NCBI GenBank assembly: GCA_951406725.2
Contig: OX597818.1
Location: forward strand, 97,960,001 to 98,024,000
DNA: 64,000 nt
Source: Octopus vulgaris
Lineage: Eukaryota
Direction: 5' to 3'
The position numbers and the translations under genes are program-made. This document shows, in pieces, positions 11,511-24,465 of the stretch. The notes beneath the pieces were generated by a model, which was not told the DNA's origin, did no database searches, and saw nothing but the letters and a program-made list of their open reading frames with translations. Within the stretch, counting starts at the first letter, position 1. The number at the start of each line of letters is the position of its first letter.

Positions 11511-13208
11511 GGAGGAAATAAACACATGAGAGCAAAGTTGTAAATGAGACTGTCTCACCGATACATTAAGATCTCTGACTCAACCCAGATTTATCTCTTA
11601 ATTTATCTCAATATCTTGAGTTGTGGCCTTGTGGTTAGGGTTTTGTAATCACGACTACTACATCGTGGTTTCGATTCCAGGACAAATCAGTGCCTTATGC
11701 TCTTGAGCGAAATTCTTCATTTCACGTTGTTTCAGTCCACTCGGCTGCAAATGGGTTATCTTGCGACAGAACAGTCTTCCGATTGGAAGAGATATTGTCC
11801 TGCTCACCTAGCCAACATCATTCGAAGGCTAAAACGATGAGAAGCGCACTTTGACTAGCGATACATAACAACATCCGATAGTCTGGACAATATCCTGATA
11901 GCGCCTGTTTTCAACTATCATACACCCTACCCGTTCAACTAGACCGAATAAGCAGTCATATCCTTTCCTCTTCTCCCGATCACTGTTCTCCTTCCTCTTC
12001 TCTTCATCATTGTGTTTCATCTACTAAATGCCAAGCCAATGAAGGAGCTTCTGTGCTGCCGCTCGTCCTTCTAGAAACAATAATCCCTTAAATAAATAAT
12101 CCCCTAAATCACAACCTCACCCAATGTGTCTCCTTAAAAGGGACACATTGGGTGATTTTGACCCATATTTCGACGACCACATAAAAAAATGGGTTCGGTT
12201 ACGGCTGGAACGTCTTTGATTATAAATCTGGCCAATCAGAGTTGAGCTGAAAGTAAACAAGACAACGACAGTGATGACAACAACAACGAGAACAACAACA
12301 TCATCACTACCGCCGCCGCCGCCGCCACCACCACCACCACCATTTCAAACACACTCACTCCAAAATCTCGTCTCAGCCCACAGATTTTTCTGGAGACATC
12401 GACTGTATTTAAACCTCATCTACTTCACCAGACTTAGGTGCCCTGCAAAGATCTTGCCTGCTGACTCATCGCTTATGACCAATTTAATTTGAAAATTATT
12501 AAGATTAATCATTTTAATAAATTCGGAGGTAACCACCTCCACCAAAAATAAAACAAAGCAAAAAAAAAAAAACAAAAAAAAAAAATAAAAAACATAGCAT
12601 CCATTGAAATGCAACAGGAAATTGTATAAACTATGTTGCTTGCCTCGTTTTGTTTTACAATAATATTATCATTCTGATTAAAATAAAATTTTATATTAGA
12701 TACATGATGAGAATTTATAATAGTACAGATGAAATTTGAAATTCATTATAAGTGTTGGTAAGTATTTGATCTGAGAAGTTACACTTTCTGGAACCGCCCA
12801 CCTTAAAGGAACTCATGTTAATACTACTAGAAGCGACAAATATCGCATTAATTGATAAAACAGAAAGCAACTCCCGCATAGAATCTAATAAAATTTGATA
12901 CGAGAAACAGAAATTAAAATACTGTGATAAGGGAAGCAACTTTGCATTATGGAATTACCTCCCTTGAAATTAAATCGCATAGATAAACAATTTTCATTGA
13001 ATTGCAAACATTAAAGTATCAGAGTATATCAAAAGATGGTATCCAACTTCAGTTTGCATTGATTACAGGGAAATTGCTCTACATATATACAGGGAGACAT
13101 GTGTGCGCCCGCACACAGTCATACACAAACACACACGCGCGCGCGCACACACATGCACATACATACATACATGCATATATATATATAGAGAGAGAGAGAA
13201 ATAATTAG

Positions 13209-13239
<31 letters not shown>

Positions 13240-13511
13240 GATATAGATATACGTGCACACACGCAAACACACACTCTCACGGACACAGAGACACACGTAC
13301 ACACAGAATATATTATTTTACATAGCAAAACACATTTTAAGGAATCACAAAGTTATGTCCCTTGATTCAGGTAAGGGGACATAACTCCTGATTTCGTTCT
13401 TGTTTTTATGTTATAAAAAGTACGAAAAAAACAGCAAGATGCAGAGTAGTAGTAACAGCTTGTCAAGCAAACATATAGAGACTGCCTCTTTGGCTTGTCT
13501 TTTATTTATCA

Positions 13512-13899
13512 CTAGCAGTATCGCCCGGCGTTGCTCGGGTTTGTAAGGGAAATAACTATATAAGCATTTTTAGAGAGTTATAGCCAAAAAATAGCAAATA
13601 AATGCATTAAAAATGGAAAAAAATTATGGTAAATTTATTTTTAAATCGTTGACTCATCGTAGACATTTTTAGAGAGTTACTTCCCTTATATAATAGCGAA
13701 AAAATGCATTAAGATGGGAAAAAATGATGGTAAATTTTTTTAAATCGTAGACGCGCGCTAATACCCAGAAGGGCTCGATATGAATCACGACTATAAGATA
13801 CCCGGTTTTGGTTAAACTGCACCGCAAAATGTGGGAGTAGTTAGGAATCTAAATCGTAGGAGACAGACACTCACACAACTACAGTTTTATATATAAAGA
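13512..13899 (-). mobile_element. Non-autonomous Helitron
   Basis: 5' TC (A|TCTTTATATATAAA), 3' hairpin CCCGAGCAACGCCGGG followed by CTAG|T, inserted between A and T with no TSD; internal ~110-bp duplication. Confidence 0.85.
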
Positions 13900-14399
13900 T
13901 TATCATCTTTTCTGTGGTTGGTATAATGAAATGTTGTTGCCTATTAACAAGTAAGGTCAATAGTCAGATTTTGAATTACTTAACCTTTATCTTTTGAAAA
14001 AACTTGACTAATTTCGCAAAAGCCTTCATCCTTATCGCCAGAAATAAATTTAAAAAAATAAAAAATAAAAGTTGGAAAATAGAGAAAATAGAAAAAAAAA
14101 GGAGGGAAACGATTATGGCCTTGCTACTGCTGCTCTAACATCCTTAATATGCAGTGTCCTAAGTTTTGATCCTTGGAATCATCATTAACAGTGACACCGA
14201 AGTGAATGTCGATCTCGCCTTTGGAACAGGTGAATTGATCACTACACTTCTGTTCTAGCAGTTTCATAAACCCACATGGGTTAGCTAGAACGATAGCTTA
14301 CTTCCTGGCTCCCTCTTTTCGCCGTCCCCCATACCACTCAGCCCCCCCCCCCCCCCATTGTTATAAGGTTCATACGAAGAATACTGAAGTCCATTAGAG

Positions 14400-14490
14400 C
14401 TTCTCTCTCCATCCCCCCTCTCTCTCTCTCCTCACTCGCCTCCTTGAACTGCCGCCTAAAGCTCTTAAGCTCCTGTCTGGTGGATTTGTT
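14400..14490 (-). pseudogene. Short relic of a non-LTR retrotransposon ORF (possibly Hero/NeSL-like)
   Basis: RQELKSFRRQFKEASEER resembles, from recall, the pre-RT segment of RLE-type elements; very short. Confidence 0.3.
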
Positions 14491-14965
14491 GGCTTTATTG
14501 CTCATAACAAAGGGAGGTTTCATTTTTACCTTTTCTTCCAGTCCAAACCACTAAACTGCTTAACCGATAAAAATAGTGGTCATTGTCTAAAGACGACAAT
14601 CGCCATCCTTTTTCGATGTCATCAACGTACTTATCAAACTTTTCACCACTCCTTAATAAGCAGATGTCGGTTTCAAGTTGTTTTTATTTACATAATCCAA
14701 AAATGAGCGTGAAATGACGGAAATGCACGAATTTTTTTCACAAATATTTTGTGATACGGATATGTTGCAGACTGGTACTAAGGATTGTCACATCTATTTC
14801 GAGTAGAAAACAGAAATTGAATTGTCATTTACAGAATAATTCATGTGAAGGCGCATTGCCTAGTGATAACGGTGTTTGGATTACGCAGTTGGTTCGATTT
14901 CTGGGCTGGCTGGCAAGTGTTGCTCATTTCACGTTGCGTCAATCTACTAAGTCAAAATGAGTACC

Positions 14966-15195
14966 TATTTCTATACTACCCACAAGAGGCTAAACACAGA
15001 GGGGACAAACAAGGAGAGACAAACGGATTAAGGCGATTACATCGATCCCCAGTGCGTAACTGGTACTTAATTCATCGACCCCGAAAGGATGACAGGCAAA
15101 GTCGACCTCGGCGGAATTTGAACTCAGAACGTAGCGGCAGACGAAATACGGCTACGCATTTCGCCCGGCGTGCTATCGTTTCTGCCAGCTTGCCG
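14966..15195 (-). mobile_element. SINE family B, full length, 13-bp TSD
   Basis: A-box-like TGGCAGAAACG and B-box GAGTTCAAATTCC; TSD CAAAATGAGTACC at 14953-14965 and 15196-15208. Confidence 0.9.
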
Positions 15196-15834
15196 CAAAA
15201 TGAGTACCAACCAATTGCTGGTGCGATTTTCACGACTTGATTGTACCGCTGCATGAAATGTAAAGAAGCTGAGACACTGCCTATGTTGGCTTACATAGGA
15301 ACCTAGATCAATTAGCTGAACAAAAAAGTTCGTGGATTCAGTTCTTAGTCTGAGTGGCAATTTGTGCCCTTGAACAGGGCAATTCATTTCACCTTGCTTT
15401 AGTCTTCTCAGCTGTTATGACTACCGGATGAATGTTGGTGAAACCCCATACTCATCCATTTCTCAACCGTTCACATCTCAGATGCTTCACTGAGTGAAAA
15501 ATGGTAGGGTGGGGGGAATCTGCAAAGGTGTCTATGTCTACTCGCGACTTCACAAGCGCCTAAATTAATGAGAGAAAGCATGTTACATAGTGATTTCCTA
15601 TTTTGGCCCAAAGGCCAGCAGTTTCGGGGAAGAGGATAAGTCGGCTACATAGATCCCAGTGCTCAACTGATACTTATTTTATCAACCCCGAAAGGATAAA
15701 AGGCGAAGTCAATCTCGGTGGAATTTGAACTCAGGGCTTAAAGACGGGCGAAATGCCGTTAAGCATTTTCCCCAACGCGGTACCAACTCTCATCTGGCCG
15801 TCTTAAGCACAGTACATAATAAAAAATAATGAGT

Positions 15835-16292
15835 AAATGCGCCCTTTTAAATCCTAGGTAGGGTCATGGGCCCGGTTTCCCGGTTTCTATGGCGTATGTG
15901 TCCCCCAGCTGGACGGAGCTACGTGAAATGAAGTGTTTTGCTCAAGAATACAACGCGTCACCCGGTCCAGGAATCGAAACCACAATCTTACCATCATGAT
16001 GCTGACAACCTAACCACTAAGCCACGTGCCTCCACAAAAATAAGTGCGCCCTTTTATAGCCTAACCAGGCTCATGGGCCCGATTTCCCGGTTTCAATGGC
16101 GTATGTGTTCCCCAGCTGGACGGGACGCTAGTCCATCGTAGTGTTACTCATTTTTGCCAGCTGAGTGGACTGGAGTAACGTTAAATGAAGTGCTTTGCTC
16201 AAGAACACAACGCGTCGCCCGGTCCAGGAATCGAAATCACAATCTTACGATCATGATGCTGACACCCTAACCACTAAGCCACGCGTCACCAC
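15835..16292 (-). mobile_element. Two tandem tRNA-derived SINEs (family D-type head with family C-type tail)
   Basis: Heads TGGCTTAGTGGTTAGG...TTCGATTCC; tails GAAACCGGGAAA.CGGGCCCATGA. Confidence 0.8.
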
Positions 16293-16894
16293 ATAGTACA
16301 TAATACCAAGCAACATTCGTAACAATTGGTTTTACTTCATACAATCCTTTATGGATGACATCAAACGCAACATCAATAACGAATATTTTAAACATTATAA
16401 GCCCCAACTTTAAAAACAAAAGCGCAGCAGATCATTCACGTGACTATCATTTATCAGATAACCGTGTCTGCCTTTACCACTTCTAAGATGCATTTATTTA
16501 TCAATGTGTCATAACCCTAAACCTTATCCAACCGAAACACTATAATAAAAGTTTGGATTAAGGACTGGCGAATATTAGCTAATGAATGAATCGACTCGAA
16601 TTGTTAAAAATACTAGCTAAATTCGCTTTTTTCTGTGTCGTTAGAAGTTTTCTTTCCAGCCACGTGGTTCCAGTTTCAATCCAACTCCGTAACACCTTGG
16701 ACAAGTTACCTCTATTATTGCCTCGGGCCAACGAAAGTTTGTAAGTGAATTTGGTAGACGAAAACTGAAAGAAACTCTATCGGTCTCTTTTGCCAAACAG
16801 CTAAATTACGGAGGTGTAAACACACCAACATCGGTTGTCAAGCGATGAGGGGGAAACCAACACACACACAAGCATATACACACATGCACACACG

Positions 16895-16934
<40 letters not shown>

Positions 16935-16936
<2 letters not shown>

Positions 16937-17067
16937 GAGTGATTCAAAAGTCGCCATACATAAGAACAATTTATGTTTTTTATAAGAAACAGATTTTTTT
17001 TTATTTAACTGTTTATTATAAAAAAATTAAAATTTTTTCTATGTATGGTGACTTTTGAATCACCCTG
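16935..17067. mobile_element. Tc1/mariner-type MITE nested in the microsatellite of a family A SINE
   Basis: TIRs CAGAGTGATTCAAAAGTCGCCATACATA / TATGTATGGTGACTTTTGAATCACCCTG, flanked by TA. Confidence 0.9.
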
Positions 17068-17746
17068 TATATATATATATATATATATATACGACGGGCT
17101 TCTTTCGGTTTCTGTCTACCAAATCCACTCACAAGGCTTTGGTCGGCCTAAGGATATAGTAGACACTTGCCTACGGTGCCACGCAGTAGGTCTGAACCCG
17201 GAACCATATGGTTGGTAAGCAAGCTACTTACCACCACACAGCCACTCCTGCGCCTAAGTACATACATATATTACTATCATAAATATGAGGGAAATAAATT
17301 AAAATAATTTATTACCAGTGGTTAGCATGCATAAATAAAAATCATAAGACATAACAAATTTTTTTGAAATATGTGTGTGTAAAATATTTTTATACACAAA
17401 GAGGAGACCATCGACAGGACTCCTTACATGCCAAAAAGGCCAGTTAAAACCCAAACCACGGAAGAGAGAATTCATGAGGCACGCCAATTATAACTTCAGA
17501 ATGAACAAAAAATGAACTAGTTAATCCCAAACTCGAGTTCCGCTATTAATTGCCAAATAAGCTAATTTGGAATGTGTAGCGGAATCACTAATTGATGAAT
17601 AATTATGCAGTTGCAAATACGTACCAAAAACACATGCGCAAGACAGCTACATCTTTATCCATTTAAGGGTTCGAACTTAGTGCGCGTGCGTAAATATATA
17701 GTCCAGCAGTAAATAAAGAAATTTAAAGCTTATCCTATATAGCCTC

Positions 17747-18067
17747 GTGGAGGCGCAATGTCCCAGTGGTTAGGGCAGCAGATTCGCGGTCGGATGATCG
17801 CGGTTTCGATTCCTAGACCGGGCGTTGTGTATGTGTGTTTATTGAGCGAAAACAGCTAAAAACTCCACGAGACTCCGGCAGGGGGTGGTGGCGACTCCTG
17901 TTGTACTCTTTCGCCACAACTTTCTCTCACTCTCTTTTCCTGTTTCTTGAGTAACGCTGCGATGGACTGGCACCCTGTCCAGCTGGGAGGAACACATACG
18001 CCACAGAAACCGGGAAACTGGGCCCATGAGCCTGGCTAGGCTTGAAAAGGGCGACGTTTATAATTTT
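17747..18067 (+). mobile_element. SINE family C, full length, 17-bp TSD
   Basis: Head GTGGAGGCGCAATG.CCCAGTGGTTAGGG...TTCGATTCC; TSD TTATCCTATAYAGCCTC at 17730-17746 and 18068-18084. Confidence 0.9.
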
Positions 18068-18143
18068 TTATCCTATACAGCCTCAGAATTATAAATATTG
18101 CTATCGCAAATTTGAGAGAAATAAACTAAAATAATTTATTACC

Positions 18144-18480
18144 AATTGCTGAGACCCCTCCCCCCTGACCGTCGGATTGCACCTAGAAAGTTACCCTCCC
18201 AGGTACAAGTCCGGGCAAGGTTGTTTATGGAAGACCAGCAGTCGACCATGCATACCTGCCTCCGCTCTCCACACCACCAGTGTTATCCAAGTGAAAGGTA
18301 AAGGCCGATACAGCTTGACACCTGTGACGTCGCAACACGTTTCTACAGCTGAGTGAACTGGAGCAACGTGAAATAAAGTGTCTTGCTCAAGAACACAACA
18401 CGCAGCCTGGTCCGGGATTCGAATTCACAACCTCACGATCATAAGCCCGACGCTCTAACCACTGAGCCATGCGCCTTCAC
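18144..18480 (-). mobile_element. SINE family D, full length
   Basis: Matches 43844-44186; TSD TTATTACCA on both sides. Confidence 0.9.
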
Positions 18481-18674
18481 ATTATTACCAGTGGTTAGCA
18501 TGCATAAATAAAAGTCATAAGACGTAACATATTTTTAAATATATAAGAGTATATAAAATATCTTTATACACAAAGCCTTTTTAGCATGTAAGGAGTCCTG
18601 TCAATGGTCTCCCCTTTGTGTATAAAAATATTTTATACACTCTTATATTTTAATATATATATTTATATATGTAC

Positions 18675-19310
18675 ACAGGGTGCGGTGAAAATAAACTGTC
18701 GTGTAAGTTACGGAAATATGAAAATAATACTGACATTTCATTTTAACAGATATATTTACTAAAATTACATAAAAATATCTTGAAATGCTAAAGAGTAAAT
18801 TTATTCAATAAAATTGCCAGTGACTTTAACCACGACTTCCAGACAACTTCGGAATCTCCTGCAACTCTTCTGGACGGTCTCCTTGTTTAAGTTGGTGAAT
18901 ACTGTCACAATCCTTGCGTTCAGTTCCTCTTTGGTGTTACAATGAATTTTGTTGATCTCTCGCTCAATTGCACCCCACACATAACAATCAAAGTGGGTTC
19001 ATTCTGGGGAGTTAGGTCGCCAGATGTTAGGAGTGATGTTGTCGCAGAAATTGTCTGACAGCCACTACTGGGTTCTTCTGCTTGTGTGGCATGGTGTAGA
19101 GTCCTGTTGCCAGACATGGAGTGTTCCAGCAGCCACTCTCTTAACTCAGGGCAGCACTACCTCCTCTAGGCACTTGATGTAGACCTCAGTAATGAGTGAG
19201 AGGCCGTGCAGAAAGATGAATGGAGCTATAACGCCGCCATCGCTAGTGATAACTCCAAACACCATGATGTTGACTGGATGTTTGATTTTTATCACTCTCG
19301 GTAGATGTCC
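18675..19310 (-). mobile_element. Decayed Tc1/mariner (DD37D/maT-like) transposon, 3' half with TIR
   Basis: Minus-strand peptides KHPVNIMVFGVITSDG, WQQDSTPCHTS, IWRPNSP, YVWGAIER and CRRFRSCLEVVVKVTGNFIE*; end CAGGGTG. Confidence 0.85.
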
Positions 19311-19488
19311 TCAGATTGCATTGCCCCCAGGTTGACACACAAACACTCTGAGATGTTCATATTGGAGTTCCTGGCACGAATGGCAAGCAGTACAATATAT
19401 ATATATTGGCCTTGAGGGCTCAAAACGTTTCATACACACCTCATATATGAGTGTGTGTGTGTCTCTGTGTGTGTGTGGTGCCCACATA

Positions 19489-19527
<39 letters not shown>

Positions 19528-20109
19528 GTATAGATGTAAGTATTTACATATATGTATGTACATATGCACTTATGTATTATTTATATTAATATATGTATAT
19601 GCGTGTGCGCGCGCATACACACACACACACACACACACACTATTAAAGATATTATTAGAAAGAGACTATAAAAGACGGCGAAGTGGCAACGCCGGGCAAC
19701 ATTCTTCACGGCATCTGGTCTGTCTTTACGTTCTGAGTTCAAATTCCCCCCAAGCTCGAGTTTACTTTTCATCCTTTCTGAGTCGATTAAATAAGTAGCA
19801 GTTGAACATTGGGGTCGTTGTGATCGACTTGCGCCTACCCTTGAACTTGGTGGCCGAATTATGAATAAACTATACCACTATTAACCGATATACAATAGTT
19901 ACGTGTCCAAATTTTATTCGATGCTTGTAACGAGAAATAAATTCATGAATGAAATAATGAGTAATAAACTACAGTTAATTGACAACGTCATTAACAATAA
20001 GTATTTTAATTTGTCTAATTAACATTTTTCGTTCGGAAATGCATGTTTGTAAATATATATATATATATGTATACATATATATATGTATACTTATATATAT
20101 GTATACATT

Positions 20110-20162
<53 letters not shown>

Positions 20163-20689
20163 TTTACTTGTTTCAGTCATTTGACTGTGGCCATGCTGAA
20201 GCACCGCCTTTTAGTCGAGCAAATCGACCCCAGGACTTATTCTTTGTAAGCCTAGTACTTATTCTATCGGTCTCTTTAGCCGAAATCCGACTTTTGACTA
20301 TGCAACCATACCTGCTTATAGTGGAAATCCAAAAACAATACAAAAAAACAAACAAACTGAAACCCCTTTTCTTTTCATTTGTCATTTTTATCGTTGTGTG
20401 TAACGCAATATAATTAGGACAATATTGTGGCAACCTCATCACATACAATATCAACGAAATAGATTTACTAGGAAGTGTTATCTCTTAAATGTATCTAGAA
20501 ATACATTTGTGTTATGTCAGTGTGGCTAGCCTGAAAGTAGAGATAAGCCTCAAGTGTTAGGTGGTCTACATTTACATAACAATTGCAATAGAACATTTTT
20601 TTACATGGAAGTACTTCGAGTCACTTGACATGAAATACTTCCATCTCACTTTGATAGAGTGTACTTCTTGGAAAGTAAAAAATAGAATT

Positions 20690-21230
20690 TGTCGGCAGAT
20701 AAGTAGCAGAATCGTTAGAGCATCGAACGATATGCCCCTATGCTATTTATCCCGGCTTTACGCATTCTGAGTTCAAATTCCGCCGAGTTCAACTACGTTG
20801 TTTATCCTCCAGGGATTTTGATATAGAATATTTGTCTATGGTGATGGGCTGATAGAATCGTTAGAGCATCGGACGGCATGTCCCTGTGCTATTTATTCCA
20901 GCTCTTCGCGTCCTGGGTTCAAATTCCGCTGGTTTGAACTACGTTTAATATCCTCCCGGGGTCGCGACATCGAATATTTGTCTATGTTGGTGGACTGACG
21001 GAACTGTTAGAGCATCGGACGACATGTCCCTGTGCTATCTATTCCGGCTCGTCACGTTCTGAGTTAAAATCTCACCGAGTTCATCTACGCTTTTTACGTT
21101 CCCGTGGTCGATAAATAAAATACCGATCTGTGGCTGATGATCGACGAATCATTAAAGCGGCAGAAATAAGCTTCTATTTGCTCGGTTCTTTGCGTTTTGA
21201 GTTCAAATGCCGCCGTGGTCTATATTGGTT
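20690..21230 (+). repeat. Tandem array of four diverged SINE-B-like heads (~146-bp period)
   Basis: Recurring AGAATCGTTAGAGCATCGGACG...TCTGAGTTCAAATTCCGCC near 20708, 20854, 21000 and 21147. Confidence 0.8.
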
Positions 21231-21442
21231 GAAGATGAAGCTTGCCGCCCGTTTCAACACTATCTGGTCCACAGGTCTCTTTAGCAGAATCTAATCTGTA
21301 GCAAACTTTCTGACCAGGTCTCCAGTTTGAGGTTACTTTCCTCCATCCCACTCACGGGAGCTGCTTATGAGGGGTAATTAGCTCCGCTGTTCTCTCCTCA
21401 GTAAATGAAACGGACCCTATTTTGGTATTAGGTTCAAAATAA

Positions 21443-21931
21443 TTGACCGACAGATTTAAAAAATAATTTTTTGTAACTAAACACTTTCAAACTTTGGACA
21501 CTGGTAGAATGTGTCATATAAAACATCTTTTACTCTTAGCATTTTTGAGAAAAACTTATATTTACGACATCGTTCGTACGTTTGTTCTGGTTTTAAGGTT
21601 TTAGGGTTAGGGTGTTAGGGTTAGGGTTAAGGTTTTACGGTTAAAGTTAGGGTTTTAGGGTTAGGGCTGTCAAAAATAACAGTGACAAACGAAATATACA
21701 CCTCCGAAAGTTCTTGTTGACAAACGACGGCAGTAATTTTATTCAGCTGAATAACCGTCACTGATTGGTTGAAATTACCGAAATAGGACAACTTTAACGT
21801 GAAATAACTTCGTAAATATAAGTTTTTCTCAAAAATGCTAAGAGTAAAAAATTCTACCAGTGACCGAAGTTTGAAAATGTTTAGTTACAAAAAATTATTT
21901 TTTAAATCTGTCGGTCAAAAGGTAAAGATCC
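21443..21931. mobile_element. MITE with ~120-bp TIRs and an internal degenerate (TTAGGG)n tract
   Basis: 21443-21567 is the reverse complement of 21810-21918; TTAGGG units at 21600-21666. Confidence 0.85.
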
Positions 21932-23225
21932 AAATGTCTTCTCTTTTACACTTAAATAATTTAATAGATCCTCCGTTGATTTCGGCGAAGAGTGCTCCAG
22001 TTGTTTAATCAACAGAACTGCCTACTCGTTGATTTAGCATCTAAGTAACTGGGTATTCCATAAACATGATACATGTACGCTTGACGTAATTCTCATGCGG
22101 AATCAGAGTGACACGATGTAGTGAAGGTTTGAATTTTAGTCATATTTACAAACTTTTCAACGGGATCCCACAATTTCTGTCCATCCAATAGCGCTCACAA
22201 AACTTGAATCGACCCCGGGCCGTGGTAAAAACACTTGTCTAAGTTGCTACACAGTTGGATCGAACCCGCATACTTGTTATTGTGAAACTAATTTCTTAAC
22301 CACTCGTCCATGTGCCGAAATAGTGCACGCATAAGCACACACGAGCACGAAAGTACATATATTATTGTCAAATTTTGGCACAAGCCCAACAATTTTGGGA
22401 GACTAGGCACAAGGCCCGAAATTTTGGGGGAAGGGGTCAGTCGATTAGATTGTACGTAACTGGTACTTAATTTATCGACCCCGAAAGGATAAAAGGCAAA
22501 GTCGACTTCGGCGGAATTCGAACTCAGAAAGTAAAGACAGACGAAATACCTATTTCTTTATTGCCCTCAAGGGGCTAAACACAGAGGGGACAAACAAGGA
22601 CAGACAAAGGGATTATATCGACCCTAGTGCGTAACTGGTTCTTAATTTATCGACCCCGATCTAATCGACTGATCCTTCTCCCCCCAAATTTCAGGCTTTG
22701 TGACTAGAGTAGAAAAGAATATTATTCTTCCTGCTGTTAGCACTAGGCTCGAAGTTTTGGGGGAGGAGACAAGTCGAATACATCGACGCCAGTGCTCAAC
22801 TGGTACTAATTTTATTGACTCTGAAAAGAGGAAAGGCAAAGTTGACCTTGGCAGGATTCGAATTCAGAACGTAAAGGATCGAAAGAAATACTGCTAGTCA
22901 TTTTATCTAACTTGCCCACGACTCTACGAACTCGCTGTCTTGAGGGTGCGTATATTATTATACTGATACGTTGTTGTTGCATTGACTTAACAAGATAATT
23001 AGTGCTCAATGCCAAGTTGTTAGACATGTGTAAGATCAGGAAATATATCGCTGTTTGAGGAAATATATCGCTGTTTGTAGTAGTAGGTAACTTTAGACTA
23101 TACTCGGGTTTCACATAATTTACCTTGTATGCAGACTGTCTTTAATGAATTGCATGGCATACAGCTGTCTCTTGTTACAGACACATGCATACGCGTATAT
23201 ACACACACATACATACATACATATA

Positions 23226-23259
<34 letters not shown>

Positions 23260-23625
23260 TGAAAGGTGCCACGCAATGGAACTGAACCCGGAACCATATG
23301 GTTGGGAAGCAAGTTTCTTACCACACAGTCACTCCTGTGCAAGAAAATATTTATACGAATGTAATTTCTTATTTTGTCTTTCTCAGTAATAAACAAGAGG
23401 AGGGGCAAAAAATTTCCCTAATATTTTTGGTAAAGTGTTACGTAGTATTTATCAGTTCGAGACTGAATATTTCACAAGTTTGCTTCGTAACCACGGGGTT
23501 CCGGGTTCGATCCCACAGCGTGAAAATTTTAGACAAATGTAATTTTCATCAACCTCTGATCGACCCATAACTTGTAAGTTTAATTAAGTTGTCAGGAACT
23601 GAACACAAGACCTTCGGGTGGATTA

Positions 23626-24465
23626 CAGCTGGAATTCAAAAAGGAGAACCTTGTCACACACTCTCTCACGCTGACCCTGCATGGGTATCCGTGTCTGTGG
23701 AATACTCAACCACTTAGTGGTTAATTCAGGAGCTGGTAATTTAGTTAATCGAACACCTAAATCTTTATGTTGAACGACGGAGATCCACCATTTACAAGCG
23801 CGCACATGCGCATACATACATATATACATATAAAGACATACATACACACACACAAACACACATACATATCAGGTCTGATCAATAAGTATCAGGACTGTGG
23901 CCATAGTAACGAAGCTAAAGCATGCATACTACCCATAAGGGGCTAAACACAGAGGGAACAAACAAGGACAGACAAAGGGATTAAGTCGATTACATCGACC
24001 CCAGTGCGTAACTGGTACTTAATTTATCGACCCCGAAAGGATGAAAGGCAAAGTCGACCTCGGCGGAATTTGAACTCAGAACGTAACGACAGACGAAATA
24101 CCGCTAAGCATTTCGCCTGGCGTGTTCCCTCTGTGTTTAGCCCCTTATGGGTAGTATGCATGCTTTAGCTTCGTTACTATGGCCACAGTCCTGATACTTA
24201 TTGATCAGACCTGATATGTATGTGTGTTTGTGTGTGTGTGTGTGTGTGTGTATGTCTTTATATGTATATATGTATGTATGCGCATGTGCACGCTCGTAAG
24301 TGGTGGATCCCCGTCGTTCAACATGAAGATTTAGGTGTTCGATTAACTAAATTACTAGTTCCTGAATTAACCACAAAGTGGTTGAGTATTCCACAGACAC
24401 GGATACCCAAACAGAGTCAGCGTGAGAGAGTGTGTGACAAGGTTCTCCTTTTTGAATTCCAGCTG
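23626..24465. repeat. Fold-back inverted duplication, arms 23626-23960 and 24123-24465
   Basis: Arms align as reverse complements; the spacer is SINE-B sequence. Confidence 0.95.

Noticed and set aside
13351-13386. Small hairpin AGTTATGTCCCTT...AAGGGGACATAACT
   Set aside because: Too short to assign; probably a MITE remnant or chance
21600-21666. True telomere or chromosome-fusion site
   Set aside because: Short, degenerate, single orientation and enclosed by MITE TIRs
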